A DNA stretch of 64,000 bases from contig CAXXVZ010000004.1 of NCBI GenBank assembly GCA_963678065.2, positions 608,001 through 672,000 on the forward strand. Direction: 5' to 3'. The translations under genes were made by a program, and so were the position numbers. Of this stretch, positions 47,008-57,604 are shown piece by piece. The notes under the pieces were generated by a model, which saw only the letters and a program-made list of their open reading frames with translations, did no database searches and had not been told where the DNA came from. Source of the stretch: Treponemataceae bacterium. Its GTDB lineage: Bacteria; Spirochaetota; Spirochaetia; Treponematales; Rectinemataceae. Positions within the stretch are counted from its first letter, which is position 1. The number at the start of each line of letters is the position of its first letter.

Positions 47008-48396
47008 TCAGACCTTCCAGTCCGCGAAATGCCGCGAAGTCGCGGCGATCATCTTCGCGTAGAGTTTCTCGGCCTCGGCGGGGGCGGCGGTCATCAGCGG
47101 ATCGTTGAGGAAGGCAGGGAAGGCGGCGCTCGCGTCGCGGGCCAGGGCGGCAGCGAGTATGGTCTCGTGGTTCGCGACGTGGCGGGCGACATGGCCATGG
47201 ATGGACGATGGAAGAAAGCCCGCGAGGACCGGCCGAACCGAGTCGCCCGAGAATACGGCGTTCGTCTCGACCACGGCCTTCGCCGGCAGGCCCTCGATCT
47301 GGCCGTGATTCGGAAGGTTGACGTTGGTCAGGATGGAGCCGAGGCCCAGAAGCGCCTTGATCTGTCCCACGCCCTCCTCGCCCGAACTCGCGAGGACGAA
47401 GGGCTCGGCGCCTGAGGCGAGGCGCGCGCTCTTCTCGCGCAGCTTTCTGGCATTTTCGATGCGCCAGGAGACGGGCGTGAGGCTGAACTTCCAGGAAGCG
47501 ACGGTGGCCGGGTCCTTGAGGTACCAAGGCGGCATGAACTCCGCGAGGTGGCGGTCTCCCGCGGCGGCTATGAGGCCGAAGCGGCGGAAGAGGTCGAACT
47601 TGACGCGCTCCGCCGAGGCGAACCAGCTGTTCAGCCAGCTTCCTCCCTCGGCGCCCTCGTAGCCTTCCGCGAAGTGCCTGTCGGCGAAGGCCGCATAGGC
47701 AGGGAAAAGGTCAGTCCCCCTGTACGAGGCCCGGTCCAGCCAGGTGAAGTGGTTGATGCCGAGGACGTTGACTTCGATATCCTTCCTCGTGGCGTCTTGT
47801 GCGCCGAGTTCCTCCCGCGCGACCATGGCGAGGAGCTTCTGCGTGCCGAAGACCTCGTGGCAGCAGCCGAATGCCTTGATCCCAGGAAACACTTCGTAGA
47901 GCGTGCGCACGCAGAGCGCCATGGGGTTCGTGTAGTTGATGACCCAGGCTGTGGGGCAGGTTTCGCGGATGGCGCGGGCGATTGTCCCGAACATAGGGAT
48001 TGTCCGGAGGGCGCGCAGGAGGCCTCCGGGTCCGGCAGTGTCGCCCACGGACTGGTAGATCCCGTATTCCTCGGGGGCGTGGACGTCCGAGGCCATCTCC
48101 TCGAAGCTCCCCGGAAGTATGGAGATGACGACGAAATCCGCGCCCTCGAGCGCCGTTTCCAGACTCGGCGAGGTCTCGTACTTCCATTTTCCGACCGCGT
48201 CGGGGCGGGCCGAGACCATGTTGCCGATCTTCTCGTTGGCGAGGGCGGCCTCGGTCTCGATGTCGTATAACTTCACCCTGCCGGAGAGGGCCGGCTCGAG
48301 CGCAAGGTCGCTCATGAGGTTCCAGGCCCATCCTCGCGAGCCGCCGCCGATGTAGGTGATAGTCAGATTGTCGCGTTTTTCCGTGTTCGTGGTCAT
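47008..48396 (-). CDS. GH4 alpha-galacturonidase (LplD-like)
   Basis: IGGGS NAD-binding motif, QSVGDT.GPGG, NYTNP, CHEV active-site motif. Confidence 0.85.
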   Translation of the reverse strand: MTTNTEKRDNLTITYIGGGSRGWAWNLMSDLALEPALSGRVKLYDIETEAALANEKIGNMVSARPDAVGKWKYETSPSLETALEGADFVVISILPGSFEEMASDVHAPEEYGIYQSVGDTAGPGGLLRALRTIPMFGTIARAIRETCPTAWVINYTNPMALCVRTLYEVFPGIKAFGCCHEVFGTQKLLAMVAREELGAQDATRKDIEVNVLGINHFTWLDRASYRGTDLFPAYAAFADRHFAEGYEGAEGGSWLNSWFASAERVKFDLFRRFGLIAAAGDRHLAEFMPPWYLKDPATVASWKFSLTPVSWRIENARKLREKSARLASGAEPFVLASSGEEGVGQIKALLGLGSILTNVNLPNHGQIEGLPAKAVVETNAVFSGDSVRPVLAGFLPSSIHGHVARHVANHETILAAALARDASAAFPAFLNDPLMTAAPAEAEKLYAKMIAATSRHFADWKV

Positions 48397-49568
48397 AGCA
48401 TATCCTTTTCTGCGTTGAATTTTCCGGACGAATCGAGCGTGCCCAGCGAGTCGTAGAGCTTGGAAAGGAAGGACAGTGCGAGGCCCTGCCCCCAGCCCTG
48501 GAGGCGTTTCTTCGGCACGAGGCGGTAGTCGGAGGCCGAAGCCATCACCGCCGTCCCCGCGGAGACGTTCCGCACCGATCCGTCGGGATCGATGTTGGCC
48601 CTGAGCCCTTCGTAGGCCCGCAGGATGTATTTGGCGTGCGTGGGCCTTCCGAAGCGCACGAGGGCAGCGCCGATTCCCGCCGAAGCGGAAGTCTCGCAGT
48701 AGCTCTCCGGGTCATCGAGAATCGTGTGCCAGAGCCCCGAAGCGTCCTGGAGCCTGACGAGGGCGGCGAGCTGGTCGCGCAAGCTACCTTCAATGCCCAT
48801 GAAATCCGGATACATGTAATCGATGAGTCCGAGGGCTTCCGACATAGTGAGGGCGGCCCATGCGTTGGCCCGCGCCCAGTGGATGCCCGAGAGGTGGCTT
48901 TGGCTCGCATCGTCCCAGGCGTGGAAGTACAGATCGTTCGCGGGATCCTGCAGGAGCTCCTCGTGCCGCCTGTACTGCAAAAGAGCATCGTCGATCCAGG
49001 CCTTCTCGCCTGTTTCGACTCCCATCCTCAGGAGAAAATACGCAGCCATGAAGAGGGTGTCCGCCCAGGCCTGGCCGGGAAAATCGTTGTCCGCCGAGAC
49101 CGTGTGCTGGAAGACTCCCTGCGCGAAGCGCGGCGCCTCCTCGCGCAGGTGGGCGACTTTTTCGAGCGCAATGTCGAAGTATTTCTTCTCGCCCGTCGCC
49201 CTGTAGAGATCGAGCATGGTGTGACCCATGGAGACCGAGTTGACCATGAAGGGAGGAAGACCCAGGTCGAGATACTCGTCGGTCCAGCGGCGGAGGTAGT
49301 CGATCCATTCGACCTTTCCCAGAGAGGCGTAGGCGCGGGAAAGCCCGTAAAATGCGACGCCCGTCGGCCAGTTCCAGTCGAAATCCATGGTCATGGTCTT
49401 CGTCGCCACGGCTTCGACGAGGCCGCGGACTTCATTCCTGTCTATGTTCAGAAGGGGATGCGCCATCTCTTCAGGTTCTCCTTGCGGAATTCCGTTCCGT
49501 CCCGATGCTAGACCTTCCGGCCCCTCTTTGTCCACGCTCGGGGTCATATCCACAGCATGCCTCATCAT
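48393..49568 (-). CDS. GH105 unsaturated (rhamno)galacturonyl hydrolase
   Basis: WNW..GV, WADTLFM, HWARANAW, SGLWHT, YCETSAS. Confidence 0.88.
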   Translation of the reverse strand: MMRHAVDMTPSVDKEGPEGLASGRNGIPQGEPEEMAHPLLNIDRNEVRGLVEAVATKTMTMDFDWNWPTGVAFYGLSRAYASLGKVEWIDYLRRWTDEYLDLGLPPFMVNSVSMGHTMLDLYRATGEKKYFDIALEKVAHLREEAPRFAQGVFQHTVSADNDFPGQAWADTLFMAAYFLLRMGVETGEKAWIDDALLQYRRHEELLQDPANDLYFHAWDDASQSHLSGIHWARANAWAALTMSEALGLIDYMYPDFMGIEGSLRDQLAALVRLQDASGLWHTILDDPESYCETSASAGIGAALVRFGRPTHAKYILRAYEGLRANIDPDGSVRNVSAGTAVMASASDYRLVPKKRLQGWGQGLALSFLSKLYDSLGTLDSSGKFNAEKDML

Positions 49569-49577
49569 GAGAGCGCA

Positions 49578-50429
49578 TCATCCCTTGATCCCCGTCGTCG
49601 CGATACCTTCCACGAGGTATTTCTGGAAGGCGATGAAGAGCACGAAGACCGGCACAAGGCTCAGGAAGGACATGGCGAAGATGGCGCCCCAGTCCGTGAG
49701 ACCGGAAGGGTCCGCGAAGGATCTGAGAGCGATGGACAGGGTGTACTGCTTCGGGTTGTTGAGGTAGATGAGGGGCGTCAGGAAATCGTTCCAGGTCCAG
49801 TAGAAAGAAAAGATCGAACCAGTGAACAGGGCGGGCTTCAGGAGGGGCAGGAGGATCTTCGTGAAGATGGCCACCCTCCCCGATCCGTCTATGGAGGCCG
49901 CCTCGTCGAGCTCGCGCGGGATGCCGCGTATGAACTGCACGAACATGAAGATGAAGAAAGCCTGGCCGAACAGCCTCGGAACGATGAGCGGGAAGTAGGT
50001 GTTCACCCAGCCGATTTTTGCGAACATGATGTACTGGGGAATTATCTGTATCTGCGGGGGAATCATGAGCGTCGCGAGCATCGCGGAGAACCAGATTCTC
50101 TTGCCCGCGAACTCGATCCGCGCGAAGCCGTAGGCCACGAAGGCCGAGGACATGATGGTGAACAGCGCCCCGAGCACGGAGTAGAATATCGTGTTCTTGT
50201 AGAACAGCGTGAAGGAGATCCCGCCGAAGCCCTTCCAGCCGTTCCGGTAATTGTCGAAAGTGAAATGCTCGGGGATGAGGGAGTAGACTTTGCTCCACAT
50301 CTCGGAGGGGCTCTTGAAGGAACTCGCCGCGAGCCAGAGGATGGGGTAGATCATCGCGATGCTCGTCAGGGCCACCACGGTGTGGAAGATCACGGTGGAG
50401 CGGCGGCGCCTGTTTTTCGTCGTCATCAT
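49578..50429 (-). CDS. Carbohydrate ABC transporter permease
   Basis: IPRELDEAASIDG (EAA loop), WNDFL.PL. Confidence 0.92.
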   Translation of the reverse strand: MMTTKNRRRRSTVIFHTVVALTSIAMIYPILWLAASSFKSPSEMWSKVYSLIPEHFTFDNYRNGWKGFGGISFTLFYKNTIFYSVLGALFTIMSSAFVAYGFARIEFAGKRIWFSAMLATLMIPPQIQIIPQYIMFAKIGWVNTYFPLIVPRLFGQAFFIFMFVQFIRGIPRELDEAASIDGSGRVAIFTKILLPLLKPALFTGSIFSFYWTWNDFLTPLIYLNNPKQYTLSIALRSFADPSGLTDWGAIFAMSFLSLVPVFVLFIAFQKYLVEGIATTGIKG

Positions 50430-51382
50430 CACTTTCCCTCCGACTCGTAGAAGACCCAGCGCCCCGAGGTCTTGAAGATCGCGGCGGACAGAAGCGCGGT
50501 CACGAACATCAGCACCCAGGCCATACCCGACCCGTAGCCCATCTGGAAGGTCTCGAAAGCCCGCCTGTACAGGTAGAGCGCGTAGAAATTGGTGTTGTCG
50601 AGGGGCTGTCCGTTCGTTATGACGAGGGCCGGCGTGAACACGATGAGCCCGTTTATTGTCTGCATCACGAGGTTGAAGAAGATGATCGGCGTGAGCATCG
50701 GCAGGGTGATGGAGAAGAACTTGCGGATGGGCCCGGCGCCGTCTATCGAAGAGGATTCGTAGAGCTCGTTCGGTATCTGCTTGAGTCCCGCGAGGAATAT
50801 CAGCATGGCGGAGCCGAACTGCCAGGCCGCGAGAAGGATGAGCGTCCAGATGGCAAAGTGGGGATCGGCGAGCCACAGGCGCTTGCCGGGGAACCCGAGG
50901 AAGCGCAGGAGGGAGTTGACGAGTCCGTCCCCGCCGAAAATCTGACGCCACATGACGGCCACGGCCACCGAATCGCCGACGACGGAGGGAGCGTAATACA
51001 GAGCCCTGTAAATCCCGATCCCGCGGCGCTTCTTGTTGAGCAGCATGGCCACGCCGAGGGCGAAGCCGAGCCTCAAGGGCACGGCGGTGACGGCGTAGTA
51101 CAGGGTCACGCTGACCGACTTCCAGTAGCGCGGATCGTTAAAAAACATCTTTTTGAAATTCTGCAGGCCGGTCCAGCGCGGAGGCGAGAAGATGTCGTAC
51201 TCGGTGAACGAGAGGTAGAGACTCGCGAGGAGGGGCAGGAGGGTCAGGGCGAGAAAACCGAAGAGCCAGGGAGCGATGAAGAAATAACCGGCCCGATTGT
51301 CGCTTCTCCTGCGCCGGAGGGTTCCCGGGTCTTTCACTGCCCTGCCTGTTCCAGGGCCTGTGCCCTTTACATGTGCGTCCAT
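50429..51382 (-). CDS. Carbohydrate ABC transporter permease
   Basis: FLAGLKQIPNELYESSSIDGA, ITLPMLTP. Confidence 0.92.
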   Translation of the reverse strand: MDAHVKGTGPGTGRAVKDPGTLRRRRSDNRAGYFFIAPWLFGFLALTLLPLLASLYLSFTEYDIFSPPRWTGLQNFKKMFFNDPRYWKSVSVTLYYAVTAVPLRLGFALGVAMLLNKKRRGIGIYRALYYAPSVVGDSVAVAVMWRQIFGGDGLVNSLLRFLGFPGKRLWLADPHFAIWTLILLAAWQFGSAMLIFLAGLKQIPNELYESSSIDGAGPIRKFFSITLPMLTPIIFFNLVMQTINGLIVFTPALVITNGQPLDNTNFYALYLYRRAFETFQMGYGSGMAWVLMFVTALLSAAIFKTSGRWVFYESEGK

Positions 51383-51471
51383 TCTGAATCCTGTAGGTGG
51401 TTTGAATGAAGCCAGAAGACCGGCGGCGCGCAGTCGCCAGTCTTCCCGCCCTGTTCGTGAATCAGGAATCC

Positions 51472-51512
51472 GGCAGGGTCTTCAGAAAACTGCGTTTTCC
51501 GGAAACCCTGCC
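51472..51512 (-). other. Intercistronic stem-loop after the binding-protein gene
   Basis: GGCAGGGT...ACCCTGCC outer stem with an inner GAAAAC/GTTTTC pair. Confidence 0.4.
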
Positions 51513-51528
51513 CAAAACCGTACGTTCT

Positions 51529-52833
51529 CTAGCGGTTGATGATCTCGGTCGCCTTGATCCTGAGCTGCTTCACGGCTTCCTCGGGCGTGATCACGCCGTA
51601 GAAAACCTGCTCGCGGATGATCGGAGTGTAGACGTTGCCGCGGATGTCGGCGTATCCGGTGGGATCCGGCGGCGGCGTCGGGGAAGCGTCCTTGCCGACC
51701 CTGTCGAGGTAGTCGAAGACTTCGCGCACGACCGGCGAGACCTTTGCCTTGAGGGCGTCGCGGACCTTGGAGTCGACGGGAACGCCGCGCTCGGCGTTGA
51801 GGATCATGTTGGCTTCGATCGAGTTGGTGAAGAAGCTGATGAACTTGGCGGCCTCGACCTTGTTCCTGGACTGCGAGGTGACAGAGAAGAACTGGGAGGG
51901 CTTGATGAAGTTGCTGGCTGCCCCGCCCTTTTTGTGCCTCGGAAGGTGGACGACGGCGAAGTTGCGCCCGGGACCGGCGGCAGTGGCCACCGAGACGACC
52001 TGATTGCTCCACACCGCTTCGATGGCCGATTTGCCGGTCACGATGGCGTCGAGCTGGATGTTGCCGTTGGATCCGCCGAAGCTCGCGAGGTACTCCTGGT
52101 AGCTGGGGGCGGCGCCGGCCTTGATGAGGCGCTGGAGCATCTTGAGGAAGTCGACGAGGTAGGAATCGTCGCCGTAGGTGAGTTTCTTTCCGTCAGGGGA
52201 AAACACGGTCTGGCCGAGGCCGAGGTAGTTGGCCTTCCAGGCGAGCTCGTCGACCTCGAAGCCGCCGCCAATGCCGTAGATGCCGAGCTTGGTGTGCAGC
52301 TGGAGTGCGATCTTCTCGAAATCATCCCAGGTCCAATCCTGGGCAGGGAGGGGGATTCCCGCTTTCTTGAAGGCGTCGACGTCGAGCATCAGGGAGTAGC
52401 TGTTCGATCCGAGGCTGACGGCGTAGAGTTTGCCGCCGAGGGAGCCGGAATCGAGGATGGGCTTGGATACGTCGGAGAGGTCGAGGGTCTTGTTGGCCAC
52501 GTAGGAGTCGAGGGGTTCGAGGAGGTTGCGCCTCTGCCACTCGGCGATGCGGGAATAATCCTGCTGCATGACGTCCGGGAGCTGTCCGCCGGCCGCCATG
52601 GTCGTCATCTTGGTCCAGAAATCGTCGAATCCGGCGAATTCGTAGGTTATGGAGACATTCGGATTGAGCTTCTGGTACAGCTCGATGACTTTGATGGTCG
52701 CTTCGTGGCGGACCTGGGAGCCCCACCACGCGATCTTGAGATCGACTTTCTTGGCGCTTTGCGAGCCCTGCGCGAACGCGCCGCCCGCCACGAGTATGGC
52801 GAGGCAGAGGACAGCCACGATTCTCTTGCCCAT
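51529..52833 (-). CDS. Carbohydrate ABC transporter substrate-binding protein
   Basis: Signal peptide, WWGSQ.R, AGGQLPDV.Q.D, WTWDDF. Confidence 0.9.
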   Translation of the reverse strand: MGKRIVAVLCLAILVAGGAFAQGSQSAKKVDLKIAWWGSQVRHEATIKVIELYQKLNPNVSITYEFAGFDDFWTKMTTMAAGGQLPDVMQQDYSRIAEWQRRNLLEPLDSYVANKTLDLSDVSKPILDSGSLGGKLYAVSLGSNSYSLMLDVDAFKKAGIPLPAQDWTWDDFEKIALQLHTKLGIYGIGGGFEVDELAWKANYLGLGQTVFSPDGKKLTYGDDSYLVDFLKMLQRLIKAGAAPSYQEYLASFGGSNGNIQLDAIVTGKSAIEAVWSNQVVSVATAAGPGRNFAVVHLPRHKKGGAASNFIKPSQFFSVTSQSRNKVEAAKFISFFTNSIEANMILNAERGVPVDSKVRDALKAKVSPVVREVFDYLDRVGKDASPTPPPDPTGYADIRGNVYTPIIREQVFYGVITPEEAVKQLRIKATEIINR

Positions 52834-52974
52834 GAAAACCTCCGTTAATAATGGAACGTTGTTTTATTTTAATTCGAATCCCCGGAAACGTAAGGTACCA
52901 TCACTTGCGAAAAGGTATCAATACTTCAGAATCAGGCGCTTGACCGCGCGCAAAGCGGACTATAGTGTGCATCC

Positions 52975-53712
52975 ATGTACAGCGTTCTCGTCGTGGACGA
53001 TGAGGCGGAAATACGCTCCGCCATCTCCGCCTACTACCCATGGAGCGAGTTCGGCTTCGTCGTCGCCGCCCAGGCGCGCGATGCCGACGAGGCCAGTTCC
53101 GTCATGCAGGCCATGAAAATCGACCTCGTGCTCTCCGACATCAGGATGCCCGGACGCTCGGGGCTCGAACTCGCGGCCTGGATCGCGGGGCGCTTTCCGG
53201 GAACGAAGGTCGTCCTCCTCAGCGCCTACCGCGACTTCGAATACGCCCGGGAGGCCCTCGGTCTCGGCGTCCGCGCCTACATCGTCAAACCGCCCGTGAT
53301 GGAGGAATTCCGCGACCTCCTCGGAGCCCTGCGCAAGGAACTCGACGAGGCGCGCGGCAAGGCGCGGGGAGAAGAGGGAACGATCGGCACTGTCAGGAAA
53401 TTCGTCGCGGGGAACCTCGCCAACGCCACCCTCGAAAACGCGGCCCGGGCCGTTGGTCTCAACCCGAACTACCTGTGCACGCTCTTCCGCGACATGACGG
53501 GCGAGCACTTCTCCGAATTTCTCTCCCGCGCGCGCATGGAGAGGGCGGCCACCCTCCTCTGCGACAGGAAGGCGAGCGTCCTCGCAGCGAGCGAGGAAGT
53601 GGGCTATTCGAGCCCGAAAAATTTCAGCCGGGCATTCCGTCAGTACTTCGGCCAGAGTCCCCAATCCTGGCGGCGGAATCTGGAGCAAGGCGGGCAGGAA
53701 AAGCGAGGGTGA
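52975..53712 (+). CDS. Response regulator (REC plus AraC HTH, YesN-like)
   Basis: VVDDE, SDIRMP, YIVKP; GLNPNYL, VGYSSPKNFSRAFR. Confidence 0.92.
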   Translation: MYSVLVVDDEAEIRSAISAYYPWSEFGFVVAAQARDADEASSVMQAMKIDLVLSDIRMPGRSGLELAAWIAGRFPGTKVVLLSAYRDFEYAREALGLGVRAYIVKPPVMEEFRDLLGALRKELDEARGKARGEEGTIGTVRKFVAGNLANATLENAARAVGLNPNYLCTLFRDMTGEHFSEFLSRARMERAATLLCDRKASVLAASEEVGYSSPKNFSRAFRQYFGQSPQSWRRNLEQGGQEKRG

Positions 53713-55540
53713 CGACCGTGCCGCCCCCATCTCTGTGCCCGATCGCGTAGAAAGCCGCCCCGCCATAGGTCAGGACGAGGCGTTTCACCGTGTTGGCGAG
53801 CCCCACGTGGTCGGAGGCGGGGTCCTCATCCGCAATCCGCGCCTCGACCTCGCGGATTGCCTCGTCGGAGATGCCGCAGCCGTTGTCGGCGACCTGCACG
53901 ACGGCCATTTCGACCCCTTCGCTGTTCTTCGCGCCCTCCGTCCCGCTTGGGACTGTCTGCCCTCCCCCTGTTTTTCTCTTGACTGACAGCTCGACGATCC
54001 CCTCCTGCATCCCGCCGCCGAAGCCGTGCTCCAGGGCATTCTCGACGAGAGGCTGGATCATGAGCCTGATGCAGGGCAGAGCGAGGAGGGATTCGTCGAC
54101 ATCCCAGGTATGGCTGAACCGTGCGCCGAAGCGTATTTCCTGTATGGCGCAATAGTTTTTCGTGTGGGCTATCTCCTCGCCAAGGGTGACGCCGCTCCGC
54201 GGGTCGGAGAGGGCGTAGCGCAGGATGCTGGACAGAAGTTCCACCATCCGCGTCATGTCGTTGGGTCCTCCGGTGCTGGCCATGGCCTTGAAGCCGATCG
54301 TCGTCAGGGTGTTGAAGAGAAAGTGCGGATTCATCTGCGCCTGGAGAGCCGTCAGCTCGAGGGTTTTCTGGCGGTACTCGCGTTCCCTGAGGCGGATTCT
54401 GAAATAGTCGTGCTCGACGAAGGTCTTGAGAATCGAGAAGGTCAGGAAGTTGAGAGCCTCGTTCCGGGATTCGTGGAAGGCGGGAAGCTCCTCTCCGCTG
54501 CCGGCGGCGTCCACGATGTCCATGATCCCGTCGAGGAGGCGGAAATTCCTTCTGGTCATGGCCACGGTGAGAAGGGTGCCGATGGCGAGGGCTACAAGGG
54601 CGAAAACGAGGGTGACGAGGCTGATCATCCGGGTCAGACGGTAGAAGGAGACTTCGGGGGTGAGAATGAAATAGGCGAAGGGGAAGCGCGCGGAGGCCGA
54701 AGAGGCGGCGAGGTAGGCCGAGCTTCCGATGGAAACCTTCCTGAGCGACTCGGGGTTGCCGTTCCCGAGCATGCCGAGAAGTCTTTCGGTCTCCGCGGGC
54801 GTGCAGTGCTGACCCGCGATGACGGCGCCCGAAAGCCGGTCGAGGAGGACATAGCCCGACTCGCCGCCCGCGGCCTGGGTGGAAAGCAGGTTGTCGAGAT
54901 AGCGCAGATCGATGTTGGCGGCGAGAACGCCCTTGCGCGCAAGGGTTCCCGAGCCGATCAGGTTGCGGTAGAAGGAGAGCACGGGAATCGAGAGACTGAG
55001 GGAGGGGAAGGGCCTGATATTGCGCACCGTCGTCCAGGGCTCGAGCCCTCCCGCGTGAGCCTCCACGCCCTCGAGCCAGGCTGAGTCCATCGAGGCGGCG
55101 AGCGACACGGAGCCTTCCGATGAGGAGAGAAAGAGATCGCCGCCGTTGGGCGTGACCGCCGATATGGAGTGCAGGTAGCGCCTGGAGTTGACGGCCGAGG
55201 CGATCGTGCTCTGGATGCTGCGGTACAGCTTGAGGTCGGGCAGCGTGCCGACGCCGTTTTTCAGGCTGTACTCGAGGGAGTTGGTGAACTCAGGATCGGT
55301 GGAGAGGCTGAGGGCGAGGGAGTCGGCCTCGTTGAAGATAAGCTCGAGCCCGTCCCTCACCTGCCCCAGGCTGCGCCGTCCGAGACTCTCCAGTTCCTTT
55401 TTCACGGCGCCCTGGGTAAAAAGAATGGCGACGATGCCGAGAATGATGAAAAAACTTGCCGGGATGAAGGCCATCCAGAGGTAATGGCGGTACAGCCGGG
55501 ATCTGTAGCCTCTCCCGGTTCTGAGGATTTGTCCGGTCAC
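53624..55540 (-). CDS. Sensor histidine kinase (YesM-like)
   Basis: Two TM segments, LQAQMNPHFLFNTL, QPLVENA..HG, DNG.G, VGL.N, GT.V. Confidence 0.9.
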   Translation of the reverse strand: MTGQILRTGRGYRSRLYRHYLWMAFIPASFFIILGIVAILFTQGAVKKELESLGRRSLGQVRDGLELIFNEADSLALSLSTDPEFTNSLEYSLKNGVGTLPDLKLYRSIQSTIASAVNSRRYLHSISAVTPNGGDLFLSSSEGSVSLAASMDSAWLEGVEAHAGGLEPWTTVRNIRPFPSLSLSIPVLSFYRNLIGSGTLARKGVLAANIDLRYLDNLLSTQAAGGESGYVLLDRLSGAVIAGQHCTPAETERLLGMLGNGNPESLRKVSIGSSAYLAASSASARFPFAYFILTPEVSFYRLTRMISLVTLVFALVALAIGTLLTVAMTRRNFRLLDGIMDIVDAAGSGEELPAFHESRNEALNFLTFSILKTFVEHDYFRIRLREREYRQKTLELTALQAQMNPHFLFNTLTTIGFKAMASTGGPNDMTRMVELLSSILRYALSDPRSGVTLGEEIAHTKNYCAIQEIRFGARFSHTWDVDESLLALPCIRLMIQPLVENALEHGFGGGMQEGIVELSVKRKTGGGQTVPSGTEGAKNSEGVEMAVVQVADNGCGISDEAIREVEARIADEDPASDHVGLANTVKRLVLTYGGAAFYAIGHRDGGGTVVTLAFPARLAPDSAARIGDSGRSTDGMPG

Positions 55541-55645
55541 CGCCCGAGTATAGCATCAGTCCGGCCGCGCTCTCCACGGATTTTCCGCAAGAAGACACGA
55601 AAGGCTTCTTTCCGGAAGAAGCGCGAACAGGTATTGTATCCGCCC

Positions 55646-56692
55646 ATGAACACAGTACTGAAAGTCTCTCCCGGCGGAGGAGGGGGATTCGCCACTATCG
55701 GTGAAGCCCTCGCGCGGGCAGGGACACTGCCGGAAGGTGGATCGGTCCGCGTCTGTGTCGCGCCCGGAACCTACCGGGAAAAGCTGAGACTCATGCGGCC
55801 TGGCCTCGCGCTGGTCGGAGAGGGGAAGGGCCCCGACGAAGTCAGAATCGAGTGGGACGACCACGCCCGACGTCCGCTTCCCGACGGCGAACCCATGGGC
55901 ACCTTCAACTCCTACGTGGTCTACACGGGGGCTCCCGGAATCAGGATAGAGAACCTCACAGTCGAGAACGTGGCCGGAGACGGTCGCAGGGTGGGGCAGG
56001 CTGTTGCCCTGTACGCAGACTCCGACGCTCTCGTCCTCGAAAACTGCCGGCTCGTCGCCCGCCAGGACACTCTGTGCACGGGGCCCCTTCCCAGGGATCC
56101 CATGCCGAAGGGGGTCAACCTCGTACACCCGGTCGCCGGCCTCGGGGATGACGACCCAGCCCTGCCCTTCCGCCAGATATACCGGAACTGTCTCATCGCG
56201 GGCGACGTCGACTTTATCTTCGGCTCGGCCGCCGCCCTCTTCGAGAACTGCGAAATCCGCTCCCTGGACCGCGGCGGCGACGACACCTTCATCGCGGCTC
56301 CCTCGACATGGCCCGGACAGAGCACGGGTTTTCTCTTCCTGGGCTGCGCTCTCAGCTTCGGCCCCGGAGAGGTCGAAGCCGGGACTGAGACTGAGCCTGA
56401 GCCCGCGATCACGGCCGCCACCGCGCCTGTGCGCGGAAAAATCTATCTCGGAAGACCCTGGCGCCCCTATGCAAAGGCCTGTTTCGCGGACTGCTTCATC
56501 GGAGAACACATAGCGGCCGAAGGCTGGCATGACTGGGACAAGCCCGAGGCGAGGGTCCTCTCCTACTTCGGTGAACGCGGCTCCTACGGTCCCGGGGCCG
56601 GGAGCCGCGGCAGGGCCTCCTGGGCGCGGCAGCCCCTGGCGGACGAAATCGAAGCGATGTACAGGGAGATCACTTCGTTTTCCAGGGAGTGA
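55646..56692 (+). CDS. Pectin methylesterase (CE8), no signal peptide
   Basis: PGTYRE, QAVAL, QDTL, GDVDFIFG, YLGRPW, GWHDW. Confidence 0.92.
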   Translation: MNTVLKVSPGGGGGFATIGEALARAGTLPEGGSVRVCVAPGTYREKLRLMRPGLALVGEGKGPDEVRIEWDDHARRPLPDGEPMGTFNSYVVYTGAPGIRIENLTVENVAGDGRRVGQAVALYADSDALVLENCRLVARQDTLCTGPLPRDPMPKGVNLVHPVAGLGDDDPALPFRQIYRNCLIAGDVDFIFGSAAALFENCEIRSLDRGGDDTFIAAPSTWPGQSTGFLFLGCALSFGPGEVEAGTETEPEPAITAATAPVRGKIYLGRPWRPYAKACFADCFIGEHIAAEGWHDWDKPEARVLSYFGERGSYGPGAGSRGRASWARQPLADEIEAMYREITSFSRE

Positions 56693-57515
56693 AACTGAAC
56701 CCGGAGATGACGATATCGAGCGGCTTCCCGCGCGAAGGAGCCTTTCCCCCTTCGACCAGATAGAAATTGATGTGGACGTACTCGTTGCCGGGCTTGGGGA
56801 TTCTCGAGACATCCGTGAACGTCCACGAAGCCAGAATACTCCCCGGCTTGTCGAGTCCGTTTGCCGGCTTGTCACCGCTCCCTTGTAGCGGAGCAAAGCC
56901 CGCATCGAGCCTGGGCCTGGGGCCGAATCCTGTCCACGAGGCGAATTCGATCCGGTCGGGAAGCCAGGTGAAGGAATGACTTGTCGGCCCGATGGCTCCG
57001 GCCAGGGGAAAGGTCTTCATGTTGCCGGAAAGGTCGTAGGGTTGGACGACATACTGTCCCTGTTCGCGCCTCGACGCGTCGCCCCAGGCCGAAAACTCGA
57101 TATCGATCTCACGGTTGGCGTAGCGCGTGTTGTCGCTCCAGGTGAAAAGCCCGAGGACAGAGGAGGGATCGAGGTCCGAGAGCGGCGTTTCGATCTTCCA
57201 CTCGTAGCTGCCGTAGCCGAATTTCCTCTTGAGGATGACTTCCGAGGCGCGCCAGATGTCGTCCTGGGGCCTGATACGGAGGTGGAGCTTCCCCTCGCCG
57301 TCCACGAATACATTCTCAGGCCAGGGGCTGAAATAGTTATCGAGGGGCCCGACAGGTTCATTGGAGCCGCGGACCGTCCAGGATTTTCCGCCCCAATCGA
57401 TCGTGAGGCGCGGCAGCGGCACTTCCCTCTCCTCGGCGGCCGCGAAAAAAGAGGAGCAGGAGAGAATGAGCGTCAGGGCGAAAAGAGAGCGGAAGCGATG
57501 CAGGGTGGACTTCAT
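56670..57515 (-). CDS. Secreted GH16-like glycoside hydrolase
   Basis: Signal peptide, FGYGSYEW, GLFTW, EIDIE catalytic motif. Confidence 0.75.
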   Translation of the reverse strand: MKSTLHRFRSLFALTLILSCSSFFAAAEEREVPLPRLTIDWGGKSWTVRGSNEPVGPLDNYFSPWPENVFVDGEGKLHLRIRPQDDIWRASEVILKRKFGYGSYEWKIETPLSDLDPSSVLGLFTWSDNTRYANREIDIEFSAWGDASRREQGQYVVQPYDLSGNMKTFPLAGAIGPTSHSFTWLPDRIEFASWTGFGPRPRLDAGFAPLQGSGDKPANGLDKPGSILASWTFTDVSRIPKPGNEYVHINFYLVEGGKAPSRGKPLDIVISGFSFTPWKTK

Positions 57516-57604
57516 GAAGACAGATTCCTCTAAAACGAGGGCCCCGGCAAGCGCCCCGCCACACATCATTTTCGGCCCATCGATCCCCGGCCGGTCTTCC
57601 TTAT

